In this document: piece after piece, positions 13,271 through 25,440 of the stretch
Layout of the letters: each line of letters starts with the position of its first letter
How positions within the stretch are numbered: position 1 is the stretch's first letter
NCBI RefSeq assembly: GCF_018350175.1
Contig: NC_058376.1
Span: 70,246,001 to 70,310,000 of the forward strand
Origin: Felis catus
Lineage: Eukaryota
DNA length: 64,000 bases
Direction of reading: 5' to 3'
Notes under the pieces: generated by a model
Told to the model about the DNA's origin: nothing
What the model saw: only the letters and a program-made list of their open reading frames with translations
The model's database searches: none
Position numbers and translations under genes: made by a program

Positions 13271-14770
13271 ATGGCACAAAAACAGACACTCAGATCAATG
13301 GAACAGAACAGAGAACCCAGAAATGGACCCACCAACGTATGGCCAACTAATCTTTGACAAAGCAGCAAAGAATATCCAATGGAATAAAGACAGTCTCTTC
13401 AGCAAGTGGTGCTGGGAAAACTGGACAGCGACATGCAGAAAAATGAACCTGGACCACTTTCTTACCCCATACACAAAAATAAACTCAAAATGGATGAAAG
13501 ACCTAAACTTAAGACAGGAAGCCATCAAAATCCTCGAGGAGAAAGCAGGCAAAAACCTCTATGACCTCAGCCCCAGCAACTTCTTACTCAGCATGTCTCC
13601 GGAGGCAAGGGAAACAAAAGCAAAAATGAACTCTTGGGACCTCATCAAAATAAAAAGCTTCTGCACAGTGAAGGAAACAATCAGCAAAACTAAAATGCAA
13701 CCAACGGAATGGCAGAAGATATTTGCAAAGGTTTAGTATCCAAAATCTATAAAGAATTTAACAAACTCAACACCCAAAAAACAAATAATCCAGTGAAGAA
13801 ATGGGCAAAAGACATGAATACACACTTTTCCAAAGGAGACAACCAGATGGCTAACAGACATGTGAAAAAATGCTCAACATCACTCAGCATCTGGGAAATG
13901 CAAATCAAAACCACAATGAGATACTACTTCACACCTGTCAGAATGGCTAACATTAACAACTCAGGCAACAACAGATGTTGGCGAGGATGCGGAGAGAGAG
14001 GATCTCTTTTGCACTGCCAGTGGGAATGCAAACTGGTGCAGCCACTCTGGAAAACAGTATGGAGGTTCCTCAAAAATTAAAACTAGAACTACCCTATGAC
14101 CTAGCAATTGTACTACTAGGTATCTATCCAAGGGATACAGGTGTGCTGTTTTGAAGGGGCACATGTAGCCCAAAGTTTACAGCAGTGCTATTGACAATAG
14201 CCAAAGTATGGAAAGAGCCCAANNNNNNNNNNNNNNNNNNNNNNNNNNNNNNNNNNNNNNNNNNNNNNNNNNNNNNNNNNNNNNNNNNNNNNNNNNNNNN
14301 NNNNNNNNNNNNNNNNNNNNNNNNNNNNNNNNNNNNNNNNNNNNNNNNNNNNNNNNNNNNNNNNNNNNNNNNNNNNNNNNNNNNNNNNNNNNNNNNNNNN
14401 NNNNNNNNNNNNNNNNCGGCAAACAGCGAAATGGAATTCTTGCCATTTGCAACTACGTGGATGGAACTAGAGGTATTACACTAAGTGAAATTCATCAGAG
14501 AAAGACAAATATCATATGACTTCACTCATATGTGGAATTTAAGATACAAAACAAATGAACATAAGGGAAGGGAAGCAAAAATTATATATAAACAGAGAGG
14601 GGGACAAAACATAAGAGACTCTTAAATATAGAGAACAGAGGGTTACTGGAGGGGTTGTGGGAGGGGGAATGGGCTAAATGGGTAAGAGGCATTAAGGAAT
14701 CTACTCCTGAAATCATTGTTGCACTATATGCTAACTAACTTGGATGTAAATTAAAAATAAATTAAAAATA
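13271..14770 (+). mobile_element. 5'-truncated LINE-1 (ORF2 3' part, 3'UTR) containing an N gap
   Basis: ORF2 peptides YGQLIFDK...[11 protein letters not shown] and [31 protein letters not shown]; frameshift near 13730; 3'UTR similar to the L1 at 1496-2142. Confidence 0.94.
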
Positions 14771-15055
14771 CAGACATACATGCATACATAAAATATCTCA
14801 ATGTAGAAAACAGTGCTACATCAGGCAGGCAAACAAATGAGCTATGATCATTATGCCTTCCCACAGCCTTGCAACAGTTCACGTCTTCACACACAGCTGA
14901 GGGGACAGGACTAGGTCATCACTGATCAGATTAAACACTGAAGCCTGCCCCGTCCCCCAATATGCCTTCCCTAGTCCTTTCTTTGGGCTAAGTTTTCCTG
15001 CTACTCCATTCCCCCTACACTTAAATACCCAGCAGAAGGATGACTGGTCACTCAC

Positions 15056-15305
15056 CCAATGCATGGATTGGTCTGGTACCTCGGTGCTGTGTAGGAGAAA
15101 GGGGAGATGTTCTTGTCTACAAAAGACCCGAACCCCAACCGGAAGTTGCTGGTGAGCTTCCTCATCTCCTCAGCCAGCTTGGTGCCCAGGTTTCGGATGC
15201 TGTCCAAGTCATCCTTCATGGACAGGGAGAGGTCCATCAGGTAGTACAAGTCCACAGGGTAATCCTCCACCTGTCGAACCTGCAGCTGGAAGGTAGTCTT
15301 ATCGC
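15056..15305 (-). CDS. ITGB5: Integrin beta-5 exon 4 (beta-I domain with MIDAS DLSLS; [34 protein letters not shown]...TNPCIG)
   Basis: 250 bp; acceptor cacag|G, donor GG|gtgag; DxSxS MIDAS motif and the integrin-beta [10 protein letters not shown] motif. Confidence 0.98.
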
Positions 15306-16023
15306 CTGTGCCAACAGAGAGGCCATGCAATTAGAGGTCATCCAACTCGCTGGGGGCTGAAGGGATGGATTTCACTTTCAAAGCTGGTCCCCCTCTTACT
15401 TTTCTTTAGTGACCACATGCCTCTCAAAAGAAATATTGTTCTTAAAAAAAAAAAAGAAGAAATATTTTTCTTGGAAGAAGAGTAACTGAAGGGAATATGG
15501 TATTGAGGGTGAAGTTCTAGGTTCTCCTTCCAAATACTTCGCTCGGCATTTTTGAGGAAACTCCTTAACAACAAGTCTCCCCAGTGGTGTTCTGTTTTGT
15601 CAACAAAAGGACTCTTGGGCAGTTGGTGGATAATGGACCAGACAATTCCATGGACACAGATTAGGTGAGAGTTAACCCACCAACCCGCACCAACTTCAGG
15701 GAAAGGAAAAGCCAAGGTGGGAATGTGGCCAGGAGGAGACTGCCAAGGTGTGTATGAAACAGAAAACAGGGAAGAAATAAACAAAAGGAGGTACAGGAAT
15801 GAGTAAGAACTGAGGGCAAAGGGAGAGAGGTATAAGGCAAGCGAGAGCGGGGACAACTGTCACTTAAAATACACCCAAAGGGCAAAAACATTTTTTGCTT
15901 GTGCCATGTCTCCTATTTCTACTTTCCTAGGCATTTATAGGCAACAGTATTTAGTTCTTGGGCATATTTGACATTTTGGGATATCATAGACACAAATTAT
16001 TATCATTAGAAATTATATGTACA

Positions 16024-16230
16024 GGGGTGCCTGGGTGGCTCAGTTGGTTGAGCATCCAACTCTTGACTTTGGCTCAGGTCATGATCCCAGGGTCACGGGA
16101 TCAAGCCCCTTGCCAGGCTCCACTCTGGGCACAGAGCCTGCTTGAGATTCTCTGTCTCTCCCTCTGCCCCTCTCCCCTGTTCATGTGCTCTCTTGCACTC
16201 ACTGTCTCTAAAGTAAAAAGAAAAAAAAAT
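16024..16230 (+). mobile_element. CAN-SINE
   Basis: Consensus head and tail; imperfect TSD ttatatgta. Confidence 0.9.
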
Positions 16231-16802
16231 AAGTTATATGTATAAATACAGGAAGACAGATTCTAAATTTTAGCACCATCAAAACGAAGCGGGGGAAGGA
16301 AAGAAAGAAAGAAAGAAAACACTACTAGATTTGTCTACCAGCTACAAGAAAAAGAAAATAATTCTTGGTTGTAAAATAAGAGTCAGAGACAGAGGAAAGA
16401 GGAATTAATTCAGAGAAAATGAACAAAGAGAAAAGCCAGTGTCTGGGAGGCGTGGCCCTCTGCAATGTCACCTCCCAGGGTTTACAGAAAGACCCAAGTC
16501 AGTGCAGCAACCAGGAGACCCATGCCAGGATAATTATCCTACATCATTTCATAGGCTCTAAAAACACATCATTTAGAACCGACTTCAAGAGGCAATCATA
16601 CCAAGTAATTCTATCTGTCCTTGAGCTTATTAGTTTTTCAGAGGCACCAAGATGTCCTTGAACTCTCTAGGTAGGATTGCTGCACACACACATTTGACAT
16701 GTGGACATACTCGTGTATTCAGAAGAGCACAGTGAGGCTGGCCTCTCCTGCCCACAGAGTCCACACCTGGTGGTGGCAGTCACCTCTCAGAGAAGCTGGT
16801 CT

Positions 16803-16876
16803 CCCTGAACGCGCCCGATCTCGTCTGATCTCAGAACCTAGGCAGGGTCGGGCCTGGTTAGTACTTGGATGGGAGA
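16803..16876 (+). pseudogene. Truncated 5S rRNA retropseudogene (about nt 17-90 of 5S), tailless, with 17-bp TSD
   Basis: ccctgaacgcgcccgatctcgtctgatctcagaacctaggcagggtcgggcctggttagtacttggatgggaga matches mammalian 5S rRNA with 3 mismatches by eye; direct repeat agagaagctggtctccc at 16789-16805 and 16874-16890. Confidence 0.93.
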
Positions 16877-18034
16877 GAAGCTGGTCTCCCATCTCGAGCT
16901 GACAACCAGCAAGCTGAAGCCTTCTTGAACTTGGAGGATAGGGACCCCAATCCCATGTGCTGCTTCTCCTTCTCCCACCCCAGACAGGTCGCATTATATT
17001 AACTAGACTATGCAGATTCAGATGGCCGAAAGATTCCAATCCAAGTTCCAGCTCGGTCCCTCAACTAGGGGAGCAACCTGAGCCTGTGTCCTTAGATCAA
17101 CAATGGAAATAATAACAGCACAGCACTGATTAAGCCTATGAAGCGCTCATTTGAAGAGCAGTGTTTGGTAAGCAGTAATGCCTGCACAAATGAAGTATAA
17201 TTATTATAATTACTATCTTGTGCCTGAGTGACAGCACTGAGCCTGCTTCCTGGGACTTGTCTTTGCGTGCCCTGTCCTCACCTCCTCAAGACTGATGCAG
17301 TTTGGGTTGTCTGTTCATAGGAGCCTATTTTTAAAAACCATCAGAGTCTGAATCAAGCTGAGGAATGTTGGAGATTTCTTCCAGAATGAATTCTAGACTG
17401 CTGTAATGTCTGCCTCTGGCTCCCATCAGGCAGACAGAGCAGGTCCCTGCTCTGAGCCCCTCCCAGCCCTGGATGCCACATCACAGTGGGGGAGGGGCAG
17501 GAGGGAAGAGAACTTGGGGCAAGGGAGAACCTCCTTGGTCTTTGTGTGGGCAGACCACAGACCCCAAATGGGCAGAGCCTATAATCATGTCTGCTCTGTC
17601 CAATCCCATGACCTCTTGGCAGAGTCTTCTACATTTTCTGTCCACCTGTGCCCTTCCCCCCAACTTCCCAACTACATCTTCTTTTATCCAGAATCCACTT
17701 ATACCTTTTTGTGGATTATGAATAATGAACAGATGAGGACTTTAGGACCAGAGAGCAGAGAACAGGCTTGGACTTGGGAGGCACCCCTGGGAGGGAAGAG
17801 GGCACCAGATTTGGAGAGCGAGAGCTGGCTTAAAACCCAGACCTTGTCACCCAGAACCTGGAAGACTTCAGGCTCCTCTAAATTTGCTCCTCAGTTTCTG
17901 GATCAGTAAAATGGGAGGATGTTAATTACTGTGGGGATCAAAGGACACAATGTATCCTAACACCACACAAATGCTTGTACACAAGGAAAACCTCCCCTGG
18001 GTTCCCCCAAAAGTCAGTTATTAAAGCAATTTCC

Positions 18035-18254
18035 GGGGCACCTGGGTGGCTCAGTCGGTTAAGCATCCGACTTCAGCTCAGGTCACGATCTCGCGGTCCA
18101 TGAGTTCCAGCCCCGCATCGGGCTCTGGGCTGATGGCTCAGAGCCTGGAGCCTGCTTTGGATTCTGTGTCTCCCTCTCTCTCTGCCCCTCCCCCATTCAT
18201 GCTCTGTCTCTGTCTCAAAAACAAATAAACGTTAAAAAAAATAAATAAATAAAA
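18035..18254 (+). mobile_element. CAN-SINE
   Basis: TSD taaagcaatttcc at 18022-18034 and 18255-18267. Confidence 0.93.
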
Positions 18255-18778
18255 TAAAGCAATTTCCCCTAAGGACAAAAAGGGAGATAGAAAATTCTGC
18301 CAGGAACTTAATTGTGAACGGCTCTAGCCTTGGGTATTAAATTTTAACTCCACATTTTTCAGGCATGAAAGCAAAAAGACAAACAAGGTATGATATACAC
18401 GTTTGTGTGCGTTAAGGTGGTATCTACTCTGAAGTCAGAAACCTCTTTGGCATCATATTCTGAGGGAAACTGATTACTTTAAAAAGCACACATGGGGGGC
18501 TGCAAATATTAAAAAGAAGTATTTCTCCCAGTTTTCCAAAAACTGAAGGGTATAAGAAAGAGGGTAGTATGATTAGGGTTCAGAATGAGGGTTTACTGCN
18601 NNNNNNNNNNNNNNNNNNNNNNNNNNNNNNNNNNNNNNNNNNNNNNNNNNNNNNNNNNNNNNNNNNNNNNNNNNNNNNNNNNNNNNNNNNNNNNNNNNNN
18701 NNNNNNNNNNNNNNNNNNNNNNNNNNNNNNNNNNNNNNNNNNNNNNNNNNNNNNNNNNNNNNNNNNNNNNNNNNNNNN

Positions 18779-18880
18779 GGCTCTGAGCTGTCGGCACAGA
18801 GCCCGACACAGGGCTCGAACCCACGAACTATGAGATCATGACCTGAGCTGAAGTCGGAAGTTTAACCTACTGAGCCCCAC
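18779..18880 (-). mobile_element. CAN-SINE, partial (rest in N gap)
   Basis: ggctctgagctgtcggcacagagcccgac...ctgagcccc. Confidence 0.85.
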
Positions 18881-20104
18881 TATACCTGATTTTAAATGCC
18901 ACAAACTCCTGAGGGGGCCTTGGCAATATTGGGATGTCCCATCAGCAGATTTTGGAAGGAAGGACATTCCTGGACCAATTCTCAGCATGAGTGCCAAGTG
19001 TGGGAGTTAAGCAGCCGTGCACTAGCTCCCCTACAAGCAAGGCTTCCGAGGTCAGCCGACTGAAGGAGAGGCCGCTGCCACGTGCAGAGAGAAAGTCTGG
19101 GACCTATTTTCCATCTTTGGGCATACTTCCAGAACCACGCAAACTTAGATACACTCTGGCAATACATCCAACCACACAGCTCTGCACCACTGGAGACCTG
19201 TCACTTCCATGCATCCAGCAGAGCCCTTATCAACTTCACCATGAGCACTCCATCAGTGCCTGCTTCTGGCAACACCATCCCAGCCCACATGCCCCCCTGC
19301 CCCACTCCAGGTCAGACCACTACAGGCTCGTCATCCCCTGTGGCTTTACCCCTCCTCTCTGGGGCCATTCCACAGGACCCCCATTTCACCAGCAGCAGGA
19401 TCAAACAAATGGGACAAAGCACACCCCCCAAAACAGCCAAGCACCTCGCACCTGCCCTGCAAGCAGGCCCTCTCATGTCCTGGTTTTTCCCATTTCCAAA
19501 GCTCCCAGCTCTGGCGGTGCTTTGCACAAAATGCCTGCCTCTTGCTCAGATTCCCCCACTGTAGTCAAGTATCAACCATCTGCTTGAAATGTACTTTCAC
19601 AGTGTGTTTTCTCTCTGCCGCCCCTTCAATAAGAAGTGGAGACAGTGAAGGTAGGGATTCCACCAAGAATCCCTGGTGTGTTTAAGATCGAATTTTGTTC
19701 AAACATTCAGACAAAGCAGTATTCCAACCGACAGAGATGCGTGCCATCCCCAAATGAATGTAAGTAGTTTTTGATTCCCCAGAAATACCCTTCTGTGCCA
19801 AAAATTGAAAGAAAGAAAGGACACCTTAAAATCAGGTATATTGCAAACAGGACCTACAGGGAATTAGGGCCCAAGTGCATACCTCAGGACTCTCATCTAG
19901 CTCTTCTGTTTACTGTAGCCGAAGGTAATTAGCATCCAAGAATTAAATCCAGACATGGAGCCAAAGAATTGTTTCCCTGGTCAAGGACAAGGCTGGTGTG
20001 CTGCAACCCACCCCACTCCTCAGCCCAGAATTCTGACTCTTGACAGATGGAACCCAGGAAGGCACCACATGAAGACACAGTTGGCCTCTACATCCCTAGT
20101 GTCC

Positions 20105-20700
20105 TCGAAAATAACCTTGTCTTGGGCCATTTGGGCTTACAAGTACCATAGACTGGATGGCTTTTAAACACCAGAAATTTCGGGGCGCCTGGGTGGCTCA
20201 GTCGGTTGAGCGTCCGACTTCGCTCAGGTCACGATCTCATGGTCCGTGAGTTCGAGCCCCACATCAGGCTCTGTGCTGACAGCTCAGAGCCTGGAGCCTG
20301 CTTCAGATTCTGTGTCTCCCTCTCTCTCTGGCCCTCCCCCCGTTCATGCTCTGTCTCTCTCTGTCTCAAAAATAAATAAATGTTAAAAAAAAAAATTTTT
20401 TTTAAATAAAAATAAACAACAGAAATTTCTCTCTCACAGTCCTGAAGCCTTCAAGTCCAAGATCAACATGCCAGCACGGTTGAGTTCTGGTGAGAATCCT
20501 CTTCTGGGATGCAGACTGCTGACTTCTTGCTGTGTCCTCACATGGCAGAAGGGACAGGGAGCCCTCTGCGGTCTTTTATAAATTCAAAGCAGTAATACCA
20601 ATCACGAGGGCTCTGTCCTCAGGCCTTAATCATTTCCCAAGGCCCTAACACCTCCTGATACAATCACACTGGGGGTTAGATTTCAATTTATAAATGTTGG
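20105..20700. mobile_element. MaLR (MLT1-like) solo LTR interrupted by a CAN-SINE at 20182-20412
   Basis: aagtaccatagactggatggctt...cagaaatt...ctcacagt...aagtccaagatcaa...tgtgtcctcacatggcaga are MLT1 hallmarks; SINE TSD aaaca(c/a)cagaaatttc. Confidence 0.8.
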
Positions 20701-20704
20701 GGGC

Positions 20705-20927
20705 AGGGCACCTGGGTAGCTCAGTCGGTTAAGAGTCTGACTCTTGGTTTCGGCTCAGGTCATGATCTCATGATTCATGAGTTTAAGCCCCACCATCGGG
20801 CTCTGTGCAGACAGCACAGAACCTGGTTGGGATTCTCTCTCTGCCCCTCCCCTGTTTGTGTTCTCTGTCTCTGTCTCTCTCTCTCTCTCAAAATGAATAA
20901 ACTTAAAAATAAAAATAAATAAATAAA
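20705..20927 (+). mobile_element. CAN-SINE
   Basis: Consensus head, (CT)n, (TAAA)n tail. Confidence 0.9.
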
Positions 20928-21559
20928 CTTTGGAGGGAGGCCACAAACATTCCATCTATAGCCAACCTCTTATCTACCCACCATGAAGTCTTTCTTAGTC
21001 TTTTTAATAAAGTATATACTCTGTCATTCTGGGTGGCAGAAGCAATCTGTAAGTCAGGTAACTGGCATCCCCAAAGCAGAACCGGGAGGAGGGGGAAAAA
21101 AAGCACAGACACGGACTGGCAGGAAACCCATCTCAAAAGCAACCAATCACCTGTAGTTTAGTTAATAGTGCTGTACCAATGTCAGTTTCCTAGTTTCAGT
21201 AATGTACTTTGGTTATGTAACATGTTATCAGGGAACATTAGGAAGGGTATAAAAAACTCTATTACTTTTGCAACTTCTTGTGAACCTAAAATTATTTCAA
21301 AGTAAAGCACACGAAAAAACAAACTACTGGTCAATGAGCTAAAGGATCGAGGCAAATGATGACTTAAGTAAATCCCTTCTAACTGCCCCAGTGCTTCAAC
21401 CTACCTATGGCCTTTTATTCACCATTTCAATAACCTTTATTCCAAAGTTTACATCCTTTGTTAAGAATTTTTTAAGGTTGTTATCCTCACATACAGTTCC
21501 AGGACTGAAAACAAAATGGAAAACATGATCCTGTGTTTACACAAACTCTTGCTTAAAGT

Positions 21560-22090
21560 TGGCCGTTCCTCAAAAAGTTAAACACAGAATTACCATATGA
21601 CCCACAAATTCTTCTCCTAGCAATGTACTCAAGATTACTGAAAACACATGTCCAAACAAAAACTTGTGCATGAATTTTTACAGTAGCATTAGTCATGACT
21701 GCCCCAAAGTGAAAACAGCCCCAGTATTCATCAGCTAAAATGTGGTATATCTATACAGACCCAATGGAATATTATCTGTCCATGAAAAGGAAGGAAGGAA
21801 GTGATAAATGCTACATCGATGAATCTTGAAGATATTTTGCAAAGTGAAAGAAGCCAGACATAAAATGCCATATACCATACGATTTATATATAATGTCCAG
21901 AATAGGGACACCTGGGTGACTCTGTTGGTTGAGTGTCCCACTCTTGATTTCAGCTCAGGTCATGATTCCAGGGTCATGGGATTCAGCCCTGCATCAGACT
22001 CAGTGCTGAGTGTGGAGCCTACTTAGGATTCTTTCTCTCTCCCTTTGCCCTCTCTCCCCAACTCATGCTCTTCCTCTCTCTCCAAATTAA

Positions 22091-22154
<64 letters not shown>

Positions 22155-22277
22155 GAACAATGTCCAGAATAAGCAAAAACATAGAAATAGGAAGTAGATT
22201 GGAGGCTGCCAGGACCTACGTGGCAGGGAGGGAAAAGATAAGGAGGGCATGTTAATGCATATAGGGTTTCTTTTTGA
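21560..22277 (+). mobile_element. Old L1 3' fragment with a nested CAN-SINE (21905-22157) whose tail is (GAAA)n
   Basis: aaaaagttaaacacagaattaccatatgaccc L1 motif; SINE TSD aatgtccagaata. Confidence 0.85.
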
Positions 22278-22406
22278 NNNNNNNNNNNNNNNNNNNNNNN
22301 NNNNNNNNNNNNNNNNNNNNNNNNNNNNNNNNNNNNNNNNNNNNNNNNNNNNNNNNNNNNNNNNNNNNNNNNNNNNNNNNNNNNNNNNNNNNNNNNNNNN
22401 NNNNNN

Positions 22407-22720
22407 NGCATGAGCCGGGGAGGGGTAGAGAGAGAGGGAGACACAGAATCTGAAGCAGGCTCCAGGCTCTGAGCTGTCAGCACAGAGCCCAACGCAGGCT
22501 CGAATCCACAAACCATGAGATCATGACCTGAGCCGAAGTCAGACACTTAACCGATTGAGACACTCAGGCACTCCTGAATTGTATACTTTAAAATGGTGAC
22601 TTGGGCACCCAGCTGGTTCACTCAGAAAAGCGTGCAACTCTTGATATCAGGGTTGTGAGTTCAAGCCCCCTGTTAGGTGTACAGATTATTTAAAAAACCA
22701 AATATGCTTAAAAAAATTAT
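22407..22720. mobile_element. CAN-SINE (minus, 22407-22575) and short old tRNA-like CAN-SINE (plus, about 22601-22720)
   Basis: Consensus matches in the respective orientations. Confidence 0.8.
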
Positions 22721-22783
22721 TTAAAAACATAAAAATAAGATAATAAAATTGTGACTTCTACAGTATGGGAATCACGTTTTAAT

Positions 22784-22785
22784 GA

Positions 22786-22857
<72 letters not shown>

Positions 22858-22860
22858 AAA
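22784..22860 (+). repeat. (GAAA)n microsatellite
   Basis: Directly visible perfect tetranucleotide array. Confidence 0.97.
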
Positions 22861-23503
22861 GCAAAACAAAAAGTTCTGTATAGAGGGAAATTTTCCTTTC
22901 TTTTCCCCAGGCTTCCCCTGGAACAACAACTCACTCATACTATACCAAGGCTTGCCTTCGATTAGTCTGGTATAAGGCTGGCAAAGGGTTATACTTCACT
23001 CAGCAAATATCTATGTGAGGGAGGAGACAAAAAAGCATTTCTAAAAATAAATAATGGAAAAAATCACTATATCTCAAGGGCTTCTCCAGAGTCAGGGGGT
23101 GATTAACTTAGGTTAACTATGCACTTGGTAAACTGAATGTTGCTGACTACAACATAGCATTCTCTACCTCCCCCAAATAAATAAATATCTGGGGCCTGCC
23201 TGTCCTTCTCTTTAAAAATATTAAAATGTTCAAGATTTTAAGAGGCTTCATTGGCTTCAGGTGTTTCTACATTTCATAAATATATTTACAAGGTTCTAGA
23301 CCTTTAGGAATTCATATTTTCATCAGATCTCCTCCAAGTGTTCATCTCTATAGACAAACATCCTCACAGTTTGGGTATACCTTAACTGGGCAGCCAGTCC
23401 CTCCATCACCTTGACCTCCCAGAAATGGGCTCTCCATCACCACATACACAATCAGAGCCCATCCACAGCACCCACAAAATGATTTTGTCTTGAAAAAAGG
23501 ATC

Positions 23504-23842
23504 GGGGCACCTGGATGGCTCAGTCAGTTGAGCGTCCAACTCTTGGTTTCGGCTTGGGTCATGATCTCATGGTTCGTGGGTTCGAGCCCCACGGTGGGCT
23601 CTGTGCTGACAGTGCATGGAGCCTGTTTGGTATTCTGTCTGTCTCTGTCCCTCCCTTGATTGCTCTCTGTGTCTCTCTCAAAATAAATAAAGTTTGGGGC
23701 CCCTGGGTGGCTCAGTCGTTTAAGTGTCCGACTTCGGCTCAGATCATAATCTCGCAGTTTGTGACTTTGAGCCTGCATCGAGCTCTGTAATGACAGCTCA
23801 GGGCCTGGAGCCTGCTTCAAATTCTGTGTCTCCTTCTCTCTC
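23504..23842 (+). mobile_element. Two tandem CAN-SINEs (starts 23504 and 23696)
   Basis: Two consensus heads; the second runs into an N gap. Confidence 0.9.
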
Positions 23843-25440
23843 NNNNNNNNNNNNNNNNNNNNNNNNNNNNNNNNNNNNNNNNNNNNNNNNNNNNNNNNNN
23901 NNNNNNNNNNNNNNNNNNNNNNNNNNNNNNNNNNNNNNNNNNNNNNNNNNNNNNNNNNNNNNNNNNNNNNNNNNNNNACGCTTTCCATTTTATTTCCAAC
24001 ACCAGAAACTGTATCACAATGCTTAGCATGAGATGAGACTCTACCCAGACTGCTAACATCAGTAACCTCAACTAACCCCAGCACTAATCCCTGGCAATCC
24101 AGCAGGGCCCCATACACCCTTTTTTTGTTCATTTCTGAGACAGTTCAGTAGGCAAAATAATGCATTTCTTAAATATGTGATGACTTGGAATTCTAACAAC
24201 AAGCATATTAGAATAAGACTTCTTTCTTCTTTAACTGAGCATACATTGTGCTTTGTGCATAAATCAGTGCTGTGCATAAATACACTGCCAAGAAAACTTT
24301 GCCCAAGGAGGCTACCTTCACTCAAATCACTTCTTTAACTCCTCTTTGAGAGCTGTTGAAAAGCCAGTCGGTAAGTCAAGTCAAACAACAGTTTCTCTGC
24401 CTCACAGTCATACCTTAACTCTGATTTTAAGAAGGAGAATTAAAACTGTAACATCTCTGGCTTTGTGTGACTTCCAACTCCTTCCTAAACTAAATCTACC
24501 CTGAAGAATAAGGATTTGCCACCTTGAAGGAAAATACTTCTTAGAAAACCATGGGCTCTGAGAGCAATTCTAAATGACAAGTTGCAAAAATATAAGTTAA
24601 AAACCTCCCTTGTTGGTGACCCTGAAACTATAAACTGGTTTGGAGGTACGAATTTTGTTCTTTGTTAATTACTGAAGACAGTACATGATTATAAATACAT
24701 TATAAGTATATGAAAAATATGAACACAAGAATAGAGACAAGATCTAGTAAAAATGAAAAATAATATTGCATTAAAGTAGATTTTTCAAGAATTTCCTTTA
24801 AGTTACTGTTATACTATAATTAAATAAAAAAGAAGACACATCATTCACATTAACGGCCAGCCACTTTACCCTACACAATGTTCTAATATCTTAATAGTCT
24901 ACCACAATTCCTACATCCCCTTCTGGGTCACAGCCCCTGACCCTGAGCCTGTCTTCACATAAGGAGATGAGTTATTTTAACCCAGAGCACATCACCAAAT
25001 AGCTACCCACATAAAGGCTCAGCTGACTCTTCTCTACACTGGCACACAGCTCTGCCAGAGCTCCCTTCCTTCTCTCTCTCAGCATGGTATCTCACCAAAC
25101 AAAAAGCCTAAGTGTCACTTACAGTGGACTCATAAAAATAGCAACCTCAACTAATCCCCACACTAATTCCTGTGATCTGGTAGTGTGTGCCTCTCTAAGT
25201 AGCAGGGCCACATACACCCGTATTTTGTTTCGTATTTCCAAGACCATTCACGAGGCAGAACAAAACAATTCTTAACCATAGGATGTCAGCAGCAAGAGCA
25301 AGCATAACTGAGTGCTTATGATGGCGGTGCTGGGCTAAAACCAATTCTGAGACACGGAGAGGCACTATTCAAACCCAGACCTGACCGACTCCAGAATTGA
25401 CACCTTTGGCCACTACTCTTTGAAAATAATGCTAATTTTA

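Noticed and set aside
14223-14416. ORFs spanning X-runs (also near 18600, 22280, 23845, 34817, 52610)
   Set aside because: Assembly N gaps, mostly in or next to repeats; the apparent ORF length is artefactual.
16803-16876. Functional 5S rRNA gene
   Set aside because: Lacks the first 16 and last about 30 nt and the T-run terminator, and is TSD-flanked, so it is a pseudogene.
18991-19587. 198-aa and 160-aa plus-strand ORFs
   Set aside because: No recognisable domain or clear splice structure, antisense in an intron; consistent with chance ORFs.
22601-22720. tRNA-like sequences with A/B boxes (also about 30935, 34996, 38425, 43483)
   Set aside because: They are short old CAN-SINEs with A-rich tails and degenerate stems, not tRNA genes.
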